DNA from: a virus | Lineage: Duplodnaviria > Heunggongvirae > Uroviricota > Caudoviricetes | Reading direction: 5' to 3' (one strand) | DNA: 64,000 nt | Virus record (IMG/VR): IMGVR_UViG_3300048496_000015 | In this document: piece after piece, positions 17,282 to 26,753 of the stretch | How positions within the stretch are numbered: position 1 is the stretch's first letter | Layout of the letters: each line of letters begins with the position of its first letter | Program-made: the position numbers and the translations under genes | The notes under the pieces: model-generated | Databases searched by the model: none | Told to the model about the DNA's origin: nothing | The model's input: the letters and a program-made list of their open reading frames with translations, nothing else

Positions 17282-17498
17282 GCCGCTCAGGCAGAGGGTC
17301 TGGCTCGATGTCTTTACCAGGATTAGCTGCCATCTCTACTTCGGCTCGAGTATGGTGTCCCTTTATCCCACAGTTTGCGATGTTACATGTGGTACAAAGA
17401 TCCCGGCTCGAGAAGGTCAGCTCTCTAATGTCGCGGAGAGCTCCTCTCAGGAGGCGGAATTTACTCTTTAGATTCATCGCCTTCTTTCGCCTTCTCAC
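17217..17498 (-). CDS. hypothetical protein
   Basis: 93-aa track ORF. Confidence 0.45.
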   Translation of the reverse strand: MRRRKKAMNLKSKFRLLRGALRDIRELTFSSRDLCTTCNIANCGIKGHHTRAEVEMAANPGKDIEPDPLPERLEAWARIQEIVARVFRETDDL

Positions 17499-17670
17499 GG
17501 GCGACGATTGTAGTGATCTCCCACAGCATCTTACTAGCGATGGTAAGAGCTTCCGCTCTCAGAGTCATTTTCTCAGCAGCCTCTGCGTCGGTTTCAGTGA
17601 GTTCTATTGCTTTTGCCCCGGCCTCTTGAGCGGCGGCTGCGACTTCCCTTACGACCTCGTGGACTTTCAT
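17461..17670 (-). CDS. hypothetical Ala/Glu-rich protein
   Basis: 69-aa track ORF; overlaps 17594-17908, so one of the two may be spurious. Confidence 0.35.
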   Translation of the reverse strand: MKVHEVVREVAAAAQEAGAKAIELTETDAEAAEKMTLRAEALTIASKMLWEITTIVAREKAKEGDESKE

Positions 17671-17908
17671 ACTTATTCTTCCTCATCTTGCGTTTCGGTA
17701 AGAGATTGTGTTTGGCTAGAATTAGGTCGCTGAGCCGATATTCAGAGTCGACATACTTATCCCATACTTCAACAAAGCTTGCTGCTGCTCGCAAGCCCGC
17801 ATCCCATGCTTCACGATCTCGAAGGATTGGATGTTGGTCCTTCTTGGCCTTCTCATCCTTCTGCCATTCGAGAAAAGCAACGGGGACGGTCCAAATGGGT
17901 TCAGTCAT
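17594..17908 (-). CDS. hypothetical protein
   Basis: 104-aa track ORF; Arg/Ser-rich tail looks out-of-frame. Confidence 0.4.
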   Translation of the reverse strand: MTEPIWTVPVAFLEWQKDEKAKKDQHPILRDREAWDAGLRAAASFVEVWDKYVDSEYRLSDLILAKHNLLPKRKMRKNKYESPRGRKGSRSRRSRGRGKSNRTH

Positions 17909-18043
17909 AATCTTCTTCGTGAAGATGCATCCACACTCGTGCCATCAAGAAATTCATCCTCACATCAGGATTATCGCTGATGCGATATGGAATCTCATCT
18001 ACAAGATTAGAGCGTGACTTAGGTGCTACGATTTTGAAATTCA
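17901..18043 (-). CDS. small protein of the N-terminal MNFKIVAP family
   Basis: MNFKIVAPKSRSNLVDEIPYRIS...; the track extends it to 18125 because no upstream in-frame stop exists. Confidence 0.4.
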
Positions 18044-18150
18044 TGACTCTCAACTCAAAATCCCCGCCACAACCACCATAGTTGTGACGACGAGGGCAAT
18101 CACCATCAAGATTCTTGCATCCCATGGTCGCTCAGTTTGACACTTCATTA

Positions 18151-18915
18151 TAAAATCCCAGCGCGCCGGTTCCGTTCAGACTGCTGAACCATCTTACGGA
18201 TGTCCGAAGACATCTTATCGGCGTATTCCAGCGGAGTCTTGGCCTTAGCCTTGATATCCAAAATCTCGTTCACGATCTTCTGGCCGTGCTTGTTGGAGGG
18301 GTCCCTGTGACCTGCGATGAAGTCGATCAGGATGTAGCCGCCCCAATGCTAAAGATCGTTCAGATGATCGATCGCCAAGATGATCTTAGAAGGTGTCCTA
18401 GCCTCAAACAACTGGACGACGGCCTTTGCGATGACAGGATATTTGTCCTTGTCGAATGTCGAGAGGTTGTCTGCGAACTTCTTGGTGTTCGCTTCCTCAG
18501 CCTTAGACTTACCCGATTCCGTATCTCCGCGCATCGACTTGACCATTCCCATCATGTCAAAGCCCATGCCCATTCGAGACATTTTGGCGGAGTCCTTCTT
18601 GACATGCTCCGCCAACTCATCCTTCATAGTCTTGATCATGTCATCGATGGTCATCGCATTCTTACCATCGGGATGCCAATGGGCAAAACGCGTACGGAGA
18701 GCTTCCATGTAGGTCTTCCTCAAGACCTCAAGGGTCGTCTCGCAGATGGCCTTCTCATCCGGTTCCAATAGATCGAGATTGAGAGTCGCGATCCCATAAA
18801 AGTTGTAGAGATCTTCGGGGGTAACTGCCTTGAACTTGCTAGAGATGTCCATCTCTTTCTCCTTAATGTCCGTGATTGAAACCGTACTTAATCTTAATAT
18901 CCTTCTTACCCACAC
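18151..18915 (-). CDS. paralogue of 26079-26753 interrupted by an in-frame TAG at 18349-18351 (readthrough candidate or pseudogene)
   Basis: FYG..., MSRMGMGFDMMGM and IDHLNDL align with the paralogue; homology (KAKTPLEYADKMSSDIRK) continues ~65 codons past the TAG to a TAA at 18148. Confidence 0.5.
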
Positions 18916-19147
18916 GGGCGAAGGTCACAATCTCTTCGTGGGAGCCACAACACCCTGAATCAGCAACCGTTTGGTAGTAGCGCTCTTCTGCCTCGTTCCC
19001 AACGCGGGCCACTCGCCAAGCGTCAACGTAATCAAATACTTGATTTTTCTGGATGGTATCGTGAAAACTCCAAAACCGTCTCTCCCACTTCCTAAATGCA
19101 TCGATCAGATCCTCCGGCCAATCTCCAGGGAGTTCGACCAAAATCAT
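18863..19147 (-). CDS. hypothetical protein
   Basis: 94-aa track ORF. Confidence 0.5.
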   Translation of the reverse strand: MILVELPGDWPEDLIDAFRKWERRFWSFHDTIQKNQVFDYVDAWRVARVGNEAEERYYQTVADSGCCGSHEEIVTFARVGKKDIKIKYGFNHGH

Positions 19148-19347
19148 TACTCTACTCTATGGATTCCGTAGAGCTCCGTGAGGCCGAAATAATCGACCAT
19201 CTCATTCGCCTTCTCATTACCCCACTTCTCAGCAACACAGCGGAGAATGGACGATATGAGATTGTGGGTGTATGGCCCCTGGTCCTCACCCACCAAATCC
19301 TCAATCTCAATAAAGTAATCGTTTGCGGACTTCGCTTTTCTCGTCAT
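19147..19347 (-). CDS. hypothetical protein
   Basis: 66-aa track ORF. Confidence 0.45.
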   Translation of the reverse strand: MTRKAKSANDYFIEIEDLVGEDQGPYTHNLISSILRCVAEKWGNEKANEMVDYFGLTELYGIHRVE

Positions 19348-19550
19348 TCTTCCACCTTGTGCTTTTCACACACGAATTTGGGATGGTCGGCTAGCTTCTT
19401 GGGCTTAGTTGCCCATCCACCGACCTCATCAGGATGGGGCTCGCTGTGATAGCGGCTTGTACATTCAGCAATTGCTATCTCACCACAAGTCTTCCCATTG
19501 AGGAGAGCTTGACCACAGTACTTCCATCGTTCATAAGTCGACACATTCAC
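19344..19550 (-). CDS. hypothetical Cys-containing protein
   Basis: 68-aa track ORF. Confidence 0.45.
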   Translation of the reverse strand: MNVSTYERWKYCGQALLNGKTCGEIAIAECTSRYHSEPHPDEVGGWATKPKKLADHPKFVCEKHKVEE

Positions 19551-19942
19551 TCCTGAGGAGTAAGAGATCCGTTTTTGAGGAACTTGGATTTCATCCGGGA
19601 CACATTCTCTTTGATCTGTTCACCCAGAACCTCGGAGATGTTAGGAACCGCCAGACTGATCTCTCGCATCCCTCTACCGCGCAGATGATAGTGGAGTTTT
19701 TCTCCCTTGACCCGAATATCTCCAAGAATATGGGTATTGGGAGAAGGGTATCCAGCGTCTGCAGTGGCTCCTCTGACCTTAAGACTCACCGCAAAAGGAT
19801 CGATACCAGCGTGTTTGAAAGCATTTGCGATGATATCCGACAATAAAGCCAGTCCTACCGGGGAATAGTAGGAAAAATTTCCATAATAACTATTCCCCTG
19901 CTTATAGTGAACATAGAAGTCGTCATTAGCAAGTGGTTTCAC
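19547..19942 (-). CDS. hypothetical protein, paralogue of 30031-30423
   Basis: AFKHAGIDPFAV, KGEKLHYHLRGRG and NVSRMKSKFLKNG are shared with the paralogue. Confidence 0.55.
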   Translation of the reverse strand: MKPLANDDFYVHYKQGNSYYGNFSYYSPVGLALLSDIIANAFKHAGIDPFAVSLKVRGATADAGYPSPNTHILGDIRVKGEKLHYHLRGRGMREISLAVPNISEVLGEQIKENVSRMKSKFLKNGSLTPQE

Positions 19943-19944
19943 TA

Positions 19945-20784
19945 TTACTCCTTGTTCAGAAGTCGTCGGCCAATTGCGACAGGCAGACTAGGAAATTCAT
20001 CTTTCTCGTCACAACACTGACGATGGAGAGTGTAGCCAGGCTTGGATTTGAGTAACTTTCCACACCTCATGCACTCCAAGTCCTTGAACTCGGGGAGGAA
20101 TTTATCAGCGAATTCTCCCAACTCGGAGAGAGGAAGCTTCTGTGCCAGAAAACTCACCATCTTCGACCCAACCTGCTGGCGGAGTCTGGTCCCCGGCGCG
20201 ATCCATTTCTTCTCTGCCAAAACCTTGAGGCGATCAGCGGGGAATCGCTCGATGATAGCTTTCATCTGCGCCCAATCCCAGCTGGAAGCATACTCAGAAA
20301 ACTTAACGTTCGCCAGAGCAACTTCAAGTACTTCAATATCAAGGTATTTAATACTACTTGCCTCAAGCATATAGAGCTTGCTGGGGGCAAGCGTTAGCAA
20401 ATTGGACTTTCCGGCCTCTACCAGACGAGGTGCGATGGTCTTGTAAGCGTAGTTGGCGTTCCAGTTGGTGGATCCCTCAATAGTCTTCATAACTTCTTCA
20501 GCTTGAGGGCTGGTGACATCAACGGCTTTCGCCACATCGTTGATATGGCGATCATCGGTCAAGAAATACTTGCACATTTCGGGCTGACTTTCAAGAATCT
20601 TGCCCATGTTCCGCTGAGCATATTCCATCACAGCGTCATCGAAGAACTTGAAGTCGAAATTCGGGTCGGCCAACAGCCGAGCGTACTTGCTACTCTCGCG
20701 ATCGAGTGCCATCTCTTCCTCCATTCTACAAACAGTGAATTTTAACAGCCTTGATTGCTTTCTCGAAGAAATCAGGGTCAGCAA
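19945..20784 (-). CDS. hypothetical protein (279 aa)
   Basis: long track ORF. Confidence 0.6.
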   Translation of the reverse strand: MLTLISSRKQSRLLKFTVCRMEEEMALDRESSKYARLLADPNFDFKFFDDAVMEYAQRNMGKILESQPEMCKYFLTDDRHINDVAKAVDVTSPQAEEVMKTIEGSTNWNANYAYKTIAPRLVEAGKSNLLTLAPSKLYMLEASSIKYLDIEVLEVALANVKFSEYASSWDWAQMKAIIERFPADRLKVLAEKKWIAPGTRLRQQVGSKMVSFLAQKLPLSELGEFADKFLPEFKDLECMRCGKLLKSKPGYTLHRQCCDEKDEFPSLPVAIGRRLLNKE

Positions 20785-21016
20785 GATTCATTTGTCGAAA
20801 TTCTGGCCGCATCACCCAACCACTCTTTGTTGGGGGGCCATAACAAGTTACCTTAACAACATCGCCCTTTCCAGGTTGGGGAAATTGGAAAATAATGCCG
20901 CCTTTTACATCCTTCAGAGAGTGGACAGCGACTTTATACTTCTGATCATAGGATCCTTGGATTCCCATATCTAGCTGGGACCACAACTCTTGGGCGGCTA
21001 GGCGGCTTAAGTCCAT
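20726..21016 (-). CDS. small protein of the DPxFF family (tandem with 21024-21311)
   Basis: ...MNLADPDFFEKAIKAV. Confidence 0.55.
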   Translation of the reverse strand: MDLSRLAAQELWSQLDMGIQGSYDQKYKVAVHSLKDVKGGIIFQFPQPGKGDVVKVTCYGPPTKSGWVMRPEFRQMNLADPDFFEKAIKAVKIHCL

Positions 21017-21023
21017 CTGTGTG

Positions 21024-21311
21024 TTACGTTAGAAACTTGTTAATCATATCCATGGCTTTTTCAAAAAACCTGGGATCGGAAATATGGAGGTTGACGGGCT
21101 CCTTCTTGCGCGAAGTCACAATGACTGTTCCAGGTTTGTACTTCCAGTGACGGAAGTAGAGCACCATCTCATCAGGACCGTGATTCACATGTCGTTTAGA
21201 CATGAGACTCAACTTCCTTCCATCAAGGGTCAAGGTCGCTCCACAACCCTTAGGGATCATGCGCCACAGAGCGTCAGCCGCTATGTGGATCAAATCAGGC
21301 TCTTTTGTCAT
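21024..21311 (-). CDS. small protein of the DPxFF family
   Basis: ...LHISDPRFFEKAMDMI. Confidence 0.55.
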   Translation of the reverse strand: MTKEPDLIHIAADALWRMIPKGCGATLTLDGRKLSLMSKRHVNHGPDEMVLYFRHWKYKPGTVIVTSRKKEPVNLHISDPRFFEKAMDMINKFLT

Positions 21312-21378
21312 GGTTATAGATGGGAGGCTGGACGTTCTTACGAGCCGCCCAGCCTCCCGAGCATGGAGGAGAGCGGAT

Positions 21379-22617
21379 TTACAAGCTGATCAGGATCTTA
21401 TCCCCGAAAGGAGGCTTGGCGTCCTCGGTGAGAAGCCACACAACCGGCGTCGGTGGAACCTCAGGAGGCCAACGTCCAACCTGCCCGTCAGTGAGAACCA
21501 CAAGGATGTTGTTGAACAAGTGGTTTTCCTTGAGATAGGCGAACAGGTGAACAACATTTGTTCCACAACCACCCTTGGCCGGGATCTTTCTCCAGTCGCC
21601 CCGGTGATATCTCTTTGCGGGCATCTGGATCTTAGCGTCCCAAAGCACGAGGGAGATCTTGAAACGGTGGCTTGCAGCTTCCACTTCCGTGAAGAGTTGT
21701 TCGAGCATTTTGACGTTGCTGGCCACCGAACTGGAGACGTCGACCGCGAGGAGGAGCGGCACGGACGCGTGGTTGGAACGTCCAGCAAAGCCGAAGAGGT
21801 CAATGCGGCGGTTGCGCCGAGCGAAGGTCTTACGCTTGCCGCCCAGCTGACGACCGCAGAACTGACGGAACAAATACTTCCAGTTGACCTTCGGATCTTG
21901 AAGCTGCTCAATAGCATCTTTCAGGTGGCCTGGAGCCGAACCAGCTTTCTTGCTGGCCTGCTCAACCATGTCCTTGACGATCTGGCGGGTCTCTTCCTCA
22001 CCGATTTCCGACTCTTCCCAGATGTCGTGATTGTCAACCGTCGTGCCCGAAATGACCTTCTGTCCAGGCTTCGGTTTCTTCTTGCCGCTGGCGAGATCAC
22101 CACCCGGCATGTCGATGAAGATTTTCTTCTGGTTCTTGTCGAGCCAGTCGTAGACTTCCTCGTAGGTCGAGTTATTCTCGGGCGAGAGATCGCCCTCGGG
22201 GAAGTAAAGGGGCGGAGCTTCCGTCGTCTTGTTTCCGCCTTCATCGAAGACCGGAATCATCGGCAGGTTTTCGATGTTGGGCTTACTCTCGGGGCCATTC
22301 ACGCACATATCCGCAGCCGTGTTGGCCATTTCGTGGTCTCGCGCACCATGACGAGTGATGTGCAGGCGAACGATATGCTCAATTTCGTGCTGAATTACCG
22401 CCATCAGAGCGTCAATCTCTCCAATGGCATCAACAAAAGGTCCTGACCATCGACACTCGACCCGGCCTCCGGCAATCATACGGACGCCCATGGTCCCAAC
22501 CTTGTCGTCGCGCTTCCACTCCATGAGGGATGCCATCGTGCCATACCAAACGTGCATGGTCACCAGACGGCATCGCGCCTTCATGATGAGGTCTTCAGCG
22601 CTGTCGTACATACCCAT
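21379..22617 (-). CDS. vWA-domain protein with N-terminal HExxH metallopeptidase-like module; partner of the MoxR ATPase
   Basis: HEIEHIV motif; MIDAS-like LLLAVDVSSSV; GC-rich. Confidence 0.8.
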   Translation of the reverse strand: MGMYDSAEDLIMKARCRLVTMHVWYGTMASLMEWKRDDKVGTMGVRMIAGGRVECRWSGPFVDAIGEIDALMAVIQHEIEHIVRLHITRHGARDHEMANTAADMCVNGPESKPNIENLPMIPVFDEGGNKTTEAPPLYFPEGDLSPENNSTYEEVYDWLDKNQKKIFIDMPGGDLASGKKKPKPGQKVISGTTVDNHDIWEESEIGEEETRQIVKDMVEQASKKAGSAPGHLKDAIEQLQDPKVNWKYLFRQFCGRQLGGKRKTFARRNRRIDLFGFAGRSNHASVPLLLAVDVSSSVASNVKMLEQLFTEVEAASHRFKISLVLWDAKIQMPAKRYHRGDWRKIPAKGGCGTNVVHLFAYLKENHLFNNILVVLTDGQVGRWPPEVPPTPVVWLLTEDAKPPFGDKILISL

Positions 22618-22619
22618 TA

Positions 22620-22850
22620 CTAACTCTCCTCCACATGTCTGCGTAGTTTACGCTTAACTTGCTTACGCGTTGGTTTCGATCCTATCCAAAGGATCGTCGG
22701 GTCTTCATCCTCTAGCGGAGCTGGAGGTTTAACACCAGGATAGATCCTGCTCAGGTAGCCGAGTTTGGCGTGCTTAACCCTGCCCTTCTCGAGCAGATCG
22801 GCAACTTCGGTTCCCAACCCACAGGATCCTTCGAAGTAAAAAGCGAACAT
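22620..22850 (-). CDS. hypothetical protein
   Basis: 76-aa track ORF. Confidence 0.45.
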   Translation of the reverse strand: MFAFYFEGSCGLGTEVADLLEKGRVKHAKLGYLSRIYPGVKPPAPLEDEDPTILWIGSKPTRKQVKRKLRRHVEES

Positions 22851-22867
22851 CTCTCCTCCAATTGCTC

Positions 22868-23380
22868 TTAGTGACTGGCTCGTTGCAGAGCACGTTTAAT
22901 CTCCTCAACGGAGATCTCGTGTGTCTTTTGAGCCAAGATTCGTTCAATGTTGGCAGTGTGATCTTGATCGGGGTCACCACAACTCTGGAGATGCTCAAGG
23001 AACTGATCTGTAAATCTGCGCATCCTCATCTTGATGTTAGCAAGAACCTTTTGAGCGATCTCGTAATTCCCCTCAAGAGCAGTTGCTATTTCCTTGAGAT
23101 GAATTTCCTCCACGTATTCGTCGGCAGCACCTTGCGTTAAAATGATGTCGGGATCTCGATGAGCCTCAGGGTTATTCCAAAAGGCGTCCGCCATTTCGCG
23201 AACCAGTCGCGAGGAGGCTGTCTTGTGGTGAATGTTACTCACCACAGTTTCAGCGATGTCGTCAAAATCGTCCAGCATATTTGGTCTCCAGTGTGGTACA
23301 TTATTTCTGCTCACCGGCAAGCCGGTGACGGGTAGCTCCGTGCTCTCCTCAGTGCGGAGTCCACAGTATCTACCCGCCAC
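22868..23380 (-). CDS. hypothetical protein
   Basis: 170-aa track ORF. Confidence 0.5.
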   Translation of the reverse strand: MAGRYCGLRTEESTELPVTGLPVSRNNVPHWRPNMLDDFDDIAETVVSNIHHKTASSRLVREMADAFWNNPEAHRDPDIILTQGAADEYVEEIHLKEIATALEGNYEIAQKVLANIKMRMRRFTDQFLEHLQSCGDPDQDHTANIERILAQKTHEISVEEIKRALQRASH

Positions 23381-23394
23381 CGGCTCATATTCGT

Positions 23395-24753
23395 TTAGCT
23401 CCCGTAAGAGACCTTCGACATGAGCTTCTGCAGCTCGGGGCGAGCGCTGATGGCAGCGATCCAGGAATTGGTCTTATCGGGCTTGTACCGAGCGGCCATC
23501 TTGGCGAGATGGACGTTGGAAAGCACCGCACCACCGAGGTTGACCGTTTCCTTCTCGACCAGAGTGCGGCCGAGCATGACCGCGAGGTCGCGCTCTGCGC
23601 GCTTGGCCACCAACTCCATGAAGTCCAGCGTGTTGGTGATCAGCTTCTCCCGATCCTTACCCTTCACACCCTTGGTGTCCGCGAAGCGGTCCTTCGCGTG
23701 GGAGGCCACGCCCCAGACCAGACCGACCATCTGGTTCCGGTTGAAGCCCTTGAGCTTCGCGTCGATGGCCTTGAGACCCTTGTCCAGCACGTCACCCGGG
23801 GTGACTTCGACGCTGAACCGCTCGAACGCGTTGGCGAGATCGCGACCCACGATCCCGGCGAGGACTTCGCGGATTGCTTCCTTCGGATAGTTGCGGCGCT
23901 CGACCTCTTGAGCCACGCGGCCTACGAATTCCCAAGAGCGCGGGGACGACATGACAGTGAAACCGAGGTCACCGTCGATCTTGCCCATCAAGTTGTTCTT
24001 GTCGTAGGTCACGAACTGCAGGACCTTGTCGCCGACAGGACCCTTGAGCTTCTGAGTCATGTAATCCGACCAGTCGGCCACATAACCCTCGTCCACCGAG
24101 ACGACCACGTGGCAGAACCTGTCGAGGAACGCCGGGTCGTTAAAGGTGTTGACGTTGTAACCGGTCTGGTAGTTTCCAGCGCAGGTCACACTCCAGCCCG
24201 AAGGCATGGTGTACCGACCGAGCTGACGGTCCAGAACCAGCTGGAAGCAGGCCTGAAGCACGTCGTCGTCGGCGCGGTTGAGCTCGTCCAGGAAGAGGAT
24301 TCCTTCGTGGAGGATGATGACGATTCCGTCATCCTTATCCGTCTTGGGCTGGTTCTTGTGACCATTCGGACAAACCGTGGGGATCTCCTTGGTGAGGGCA
24401 TAACTGCCGTTCTCACCGAAGGTTCCGTGCCAACGGCCTCGAGGCCCGTTCTTCACAGGCGCGTCGGCGCATTCCAAACAGAGGAACTCTCCGTGCGGGA
24501 GATCCTCAGGCGGGCAGTAAATCGTGAGGCCGTTCTGTCGGTCGGGGAGACCGCGCAGATCGGACGATTCGATCTGACTGGCACGGAAATCCACAAACCC
24601 CCAAGGCCGCTTCGTGCCCGAATGCTTCGGGGCCTCTTGACACAGCTGCCTTACGAGGGAGCTCTTACCCAAGCCTCGGTGGCCCCACATGAACATGGCC
24701 ACACCGGAATTGCGACAGAGCCGAGTCGCATGCTTGGTCATCGTAACGTTCAT
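23395..24753 (-). CDS. MoxR-family AAA+ ATPase with a zinc-ribbon insertion
   Basis: Walker A GHRGLGKSSL; Walker B LFLDELNRA; CPPEDLPHGEFLCLEC insertion. Confidence 0.85.
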   Translation of the reverse strand: MNVTMTKHATRLCRNSGVAMFMWGHRGLGKSSLVRQLCQEAPKHSGTKRPWGFVDFRASQIESSDLRGLPDRQNGLTIYCPPEDLPHGEFLCLECADAPVKNGPRGRWHGTFGENGSYALTKEIPTVCPNGHKNQPKTDKDDGIVIILHEGILFLDELNRADDDVLQACFQLVLDRQLGRYTMPSGWSVTCAGNYQTGYNVNTFNDPAFLDRFCHVVVSVDEGYVADWSDYMTQKLKGPVGDKVLQFVTYDKNNLMGKIDGDLGFTVMSSPRSWEFVGRVAQEVERRNYPKEAIREVLAGIVGRDLANAFERFSVEVTPGDVLDKGLKAIDAKLKGFNRNQMVGLVWGVASHAKDRFADTKGVKGKDREKLITNTLDFMELVAKRAERDLAVMLGRTLVEKETVNLGGAVLSNVHLAKMAARYKPDKTNSWIAAISARPELQKLMSKVSYGS

Positions 24754-25010
24754 CGGTCATTCTCCTCCAGAGAAAGATTCAAATACCTATCACGTCGCAC
24801 CCATTCCCAAGCTCCAATGCGTGGGTCATATTCATATGAGAGCGAGCGATCAAACCATTTCCTCAAGAACGAAAAAAGCGCCAACATCTTACCTCTCATT
24901 AAACCTCCATGAGACAGTCGCCACACGCCCCATCCCACCACGCGCCGCGAGGGCGGGCAATCATGGGTTGGCTGCGACGGCCAGATCTTACAATTTCGCC
25001 TTACAGGCAC
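24750..25010 (-). CDS. hypothetical protein
   Basis: 86-aa track ORF bridging two genes. Confidence 0.35.
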   Translation of the reverse strand: MPVRRNCKIWPSQPTHDCPPSRRVVGWGVWRLSHGGLMRGKMLALFSFLRKWFDRSLSYEYDPRIGAWEWVRRDRYLNLSLEENDR

Positions 25011-26079
25011 GTTGAACTTTCACACGCAGATATTCATCCTCTTTATCGACTTCAGTCAATTCTGAGCCTTTAAAGATATGAAGACCATCTCTGGTCGAGT
25101 ACCGCTCCGGTTCAGTTTTGTACATGCTGAGATCGAATGGCCTCTTTCTCACTTTCTCCTGCAAGGCTGGTAGCTTCTGCCAGTTAACATAACCTTGGCC
25201 CCCATAGGGGTTAGCTTCCACCGCTCCTTTGACTTTCGACCAGTCGATGATGTAATAATTCTTGACTTTTTTTACCTCATCATCACCAATGAGGACGTAA
25301 TCACGAAGACCAGTTGGGTTCCTGTGACTCCACCCATAGGAAAAGACTAGAATTGGTTTGTAGCTTGGGTTGGCCAGAACCGCCGATTCAATCTTTTCCG
25401 ACTGAGACACGAATCGATAGATCTCATCCCCCACATCCTCGAAGTAAATCATTGAATGCTTCGCATACTCATCGATACCACTAAGGTTGAAGGGACGTTT
25501 CTTGGCGCGGCCTAAGATGAGGGAGGAATGCTGCTTGAGGATGCCGAGAACTCGCGCGGCTTTATTCAGACTGCCTAACTCTCGCTTGAGAGAGTCCCAG
25601 GTCGGATTAGGTAGAAACTTGTCATCGAAGTAATACGGTACCGAGAGGCCGTCAAAACGAACCTTCACATACCTACCGCGTCGGTCCTTATGCACGGAGG
25701 GACCTACAGACAATTTCTCTGTCTTGTAGGTCTTGTCATCCTGGGTTAGTTCGATATACTCCGCATTCCCGCGAAGCCAGTGCAGGGTCTCGGTGAGAGA
25801 GAGATTGATCACCATCTCATGAACAAGATGACCGTCCTGGGGTCTAAGATCCATTCCAATCTTGAGCGGACCAGATATGAGTTCAGGTCCCGAGTCTGCA
25901 ATATAGACGCTATATTGGAAGTTGTAGAATGCATCGGAAATTGATTTCGACGCTTCGAAGTCATGAAGCGGCGTAGTAGCCCTTACGAGCACCGGCTTCG
26001 GATTCGAATCCTTGACCGGATGGGGACCATATACCTTGAATAGACCCCGCTCACCTCGGAGGTTAGAGAATTGTTCCAT
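24988..26079 (-). CDS. hypothetical protein (363 aa)
   Basis: long track ORF. Confidence 0.6.
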   Translation of the reverse strand: MEQFSNLRGERGLFKVYGPHPVKDSNPKPVLVRATTPLHDFEASKSISDAFYNFQYSVYIADSGPELISGPLKIGMDLRPQDGHLVHEMVINLSLTETLHWLRGNAEYIELTQDDKTYKTEKLSVGPSVHKDRRGRYVKVRFDGLSVPYYFDDKFLPNPTWDSLKRELGSLNKAARVLGILKQHSSLILGRAKKRPFNLSGIDEYAKHSMIYFEDVGDEIYRFVSQSEKIESAVLANPSYKPILVFSYGWSHRNPTGLRDYVLIGDDEVKKVKNYYIIDWSKVKGAVEANPYGGQGYVNWQKLPALQEKVRKRPFDLSMYKTEPERYSTRDGLHIFKGSELTEVDKEDEYLRVKVQRACKAKL

Positions 26080-26753
26080 TAGATGATCCTATACTGCTTA
26101 AGGAAGTTGCGTACATCACTGGACATCTTACCGGCAAACTCACGAGGAGTCTTGGCCTTGAACTTCTCATTGAGAACTGCCTGAACGGCGTTGTGGTTGC
26201 TGCCACCACCACCGCGAGTACCGGTCAGATCGAAAATGACGTGGCAACAGTTATGTTGCAGATCATTCAAATGGTCGATAGACTCAATAATGGCCTTGTT
26301 GGACTTCGCCTTCTCAATGGCTAGGAAGGCTTCGCTGATCACAGCCCAAGGCTCGCCACCAAACGCGGACATTGACTTACCCTGCTTGGAGCGGAAAGCA
26401 TCAGCTGCTCCCGCCATCTTGTCCTTGGGTTTATTATGTTCTTTGTGCTCGGACTTGATCAGCTCCATCATGTTGAAGCCGAGCCCCGTTCGCGACATCG
26501 AAGCAGCCTGAGCCTTGATCTGCTCATCCATCTTGCCCTTCATGTCGCGAAGCATGGCTTCGATACTGGCACCGGCTACATCTAGACTCATGTAACCAGC
26601 TTCCTCTATGATGCGCTTCTTGAGCGTCTTAACGTAAGCCTGTTGGATTTCAGTCAGATAGAAACTGAAGAGATTCTTACCCTCCTCATCTAGGGTTTTC
26701 TCGTCAATGACGGAGAGGCCGTAGAAGTCGTATACATCACTTACTTTCAGCAT
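26079..26753 (-). CDS. hypothetical protein, intact paralogue of 18151-18915
   Basis: start trimmed to MLKVSDVYDFYG; has Q (CAA) where the paralogue has TAG. Confidence 0.6.
   Translation of the reverse strand: MLKVSDVYDFYGLSVIDEKTLDEEGKNLFSFYLTEIQQAYVKTLKKRIIEEAGYMSLDVAGASIEAMLRDMKGKMDEQIKAQAASMSRTGLGFNMMELIKSEHKEHNKPKDKMAGAADAFRSKQGKSMSAFGGEPWAVISEAFLAIEKAKSNKAIIESIDHLNDLQHNCCHVIFDLTGTRGGGGSNHNAVQAVLNEKFKAKTPREFAGKMSSDVRNFLKQYRII

Noticed and set aside
23509-24912. 467-aa plus-strand ORF, together with 21202-22446(+), 11390-12412(+), 47412-48371(+), 38910-39617(+) and 100-642(+)
   Set aside because: Each one lies antisense to a GC-rich minus-strand gene carrying clear domain signatures (MoxR, vWA, SPFH and others). 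The translations are low-complexity Arg/Leu/Val-rich with no motifs. Every real gene here is on the minus strand.
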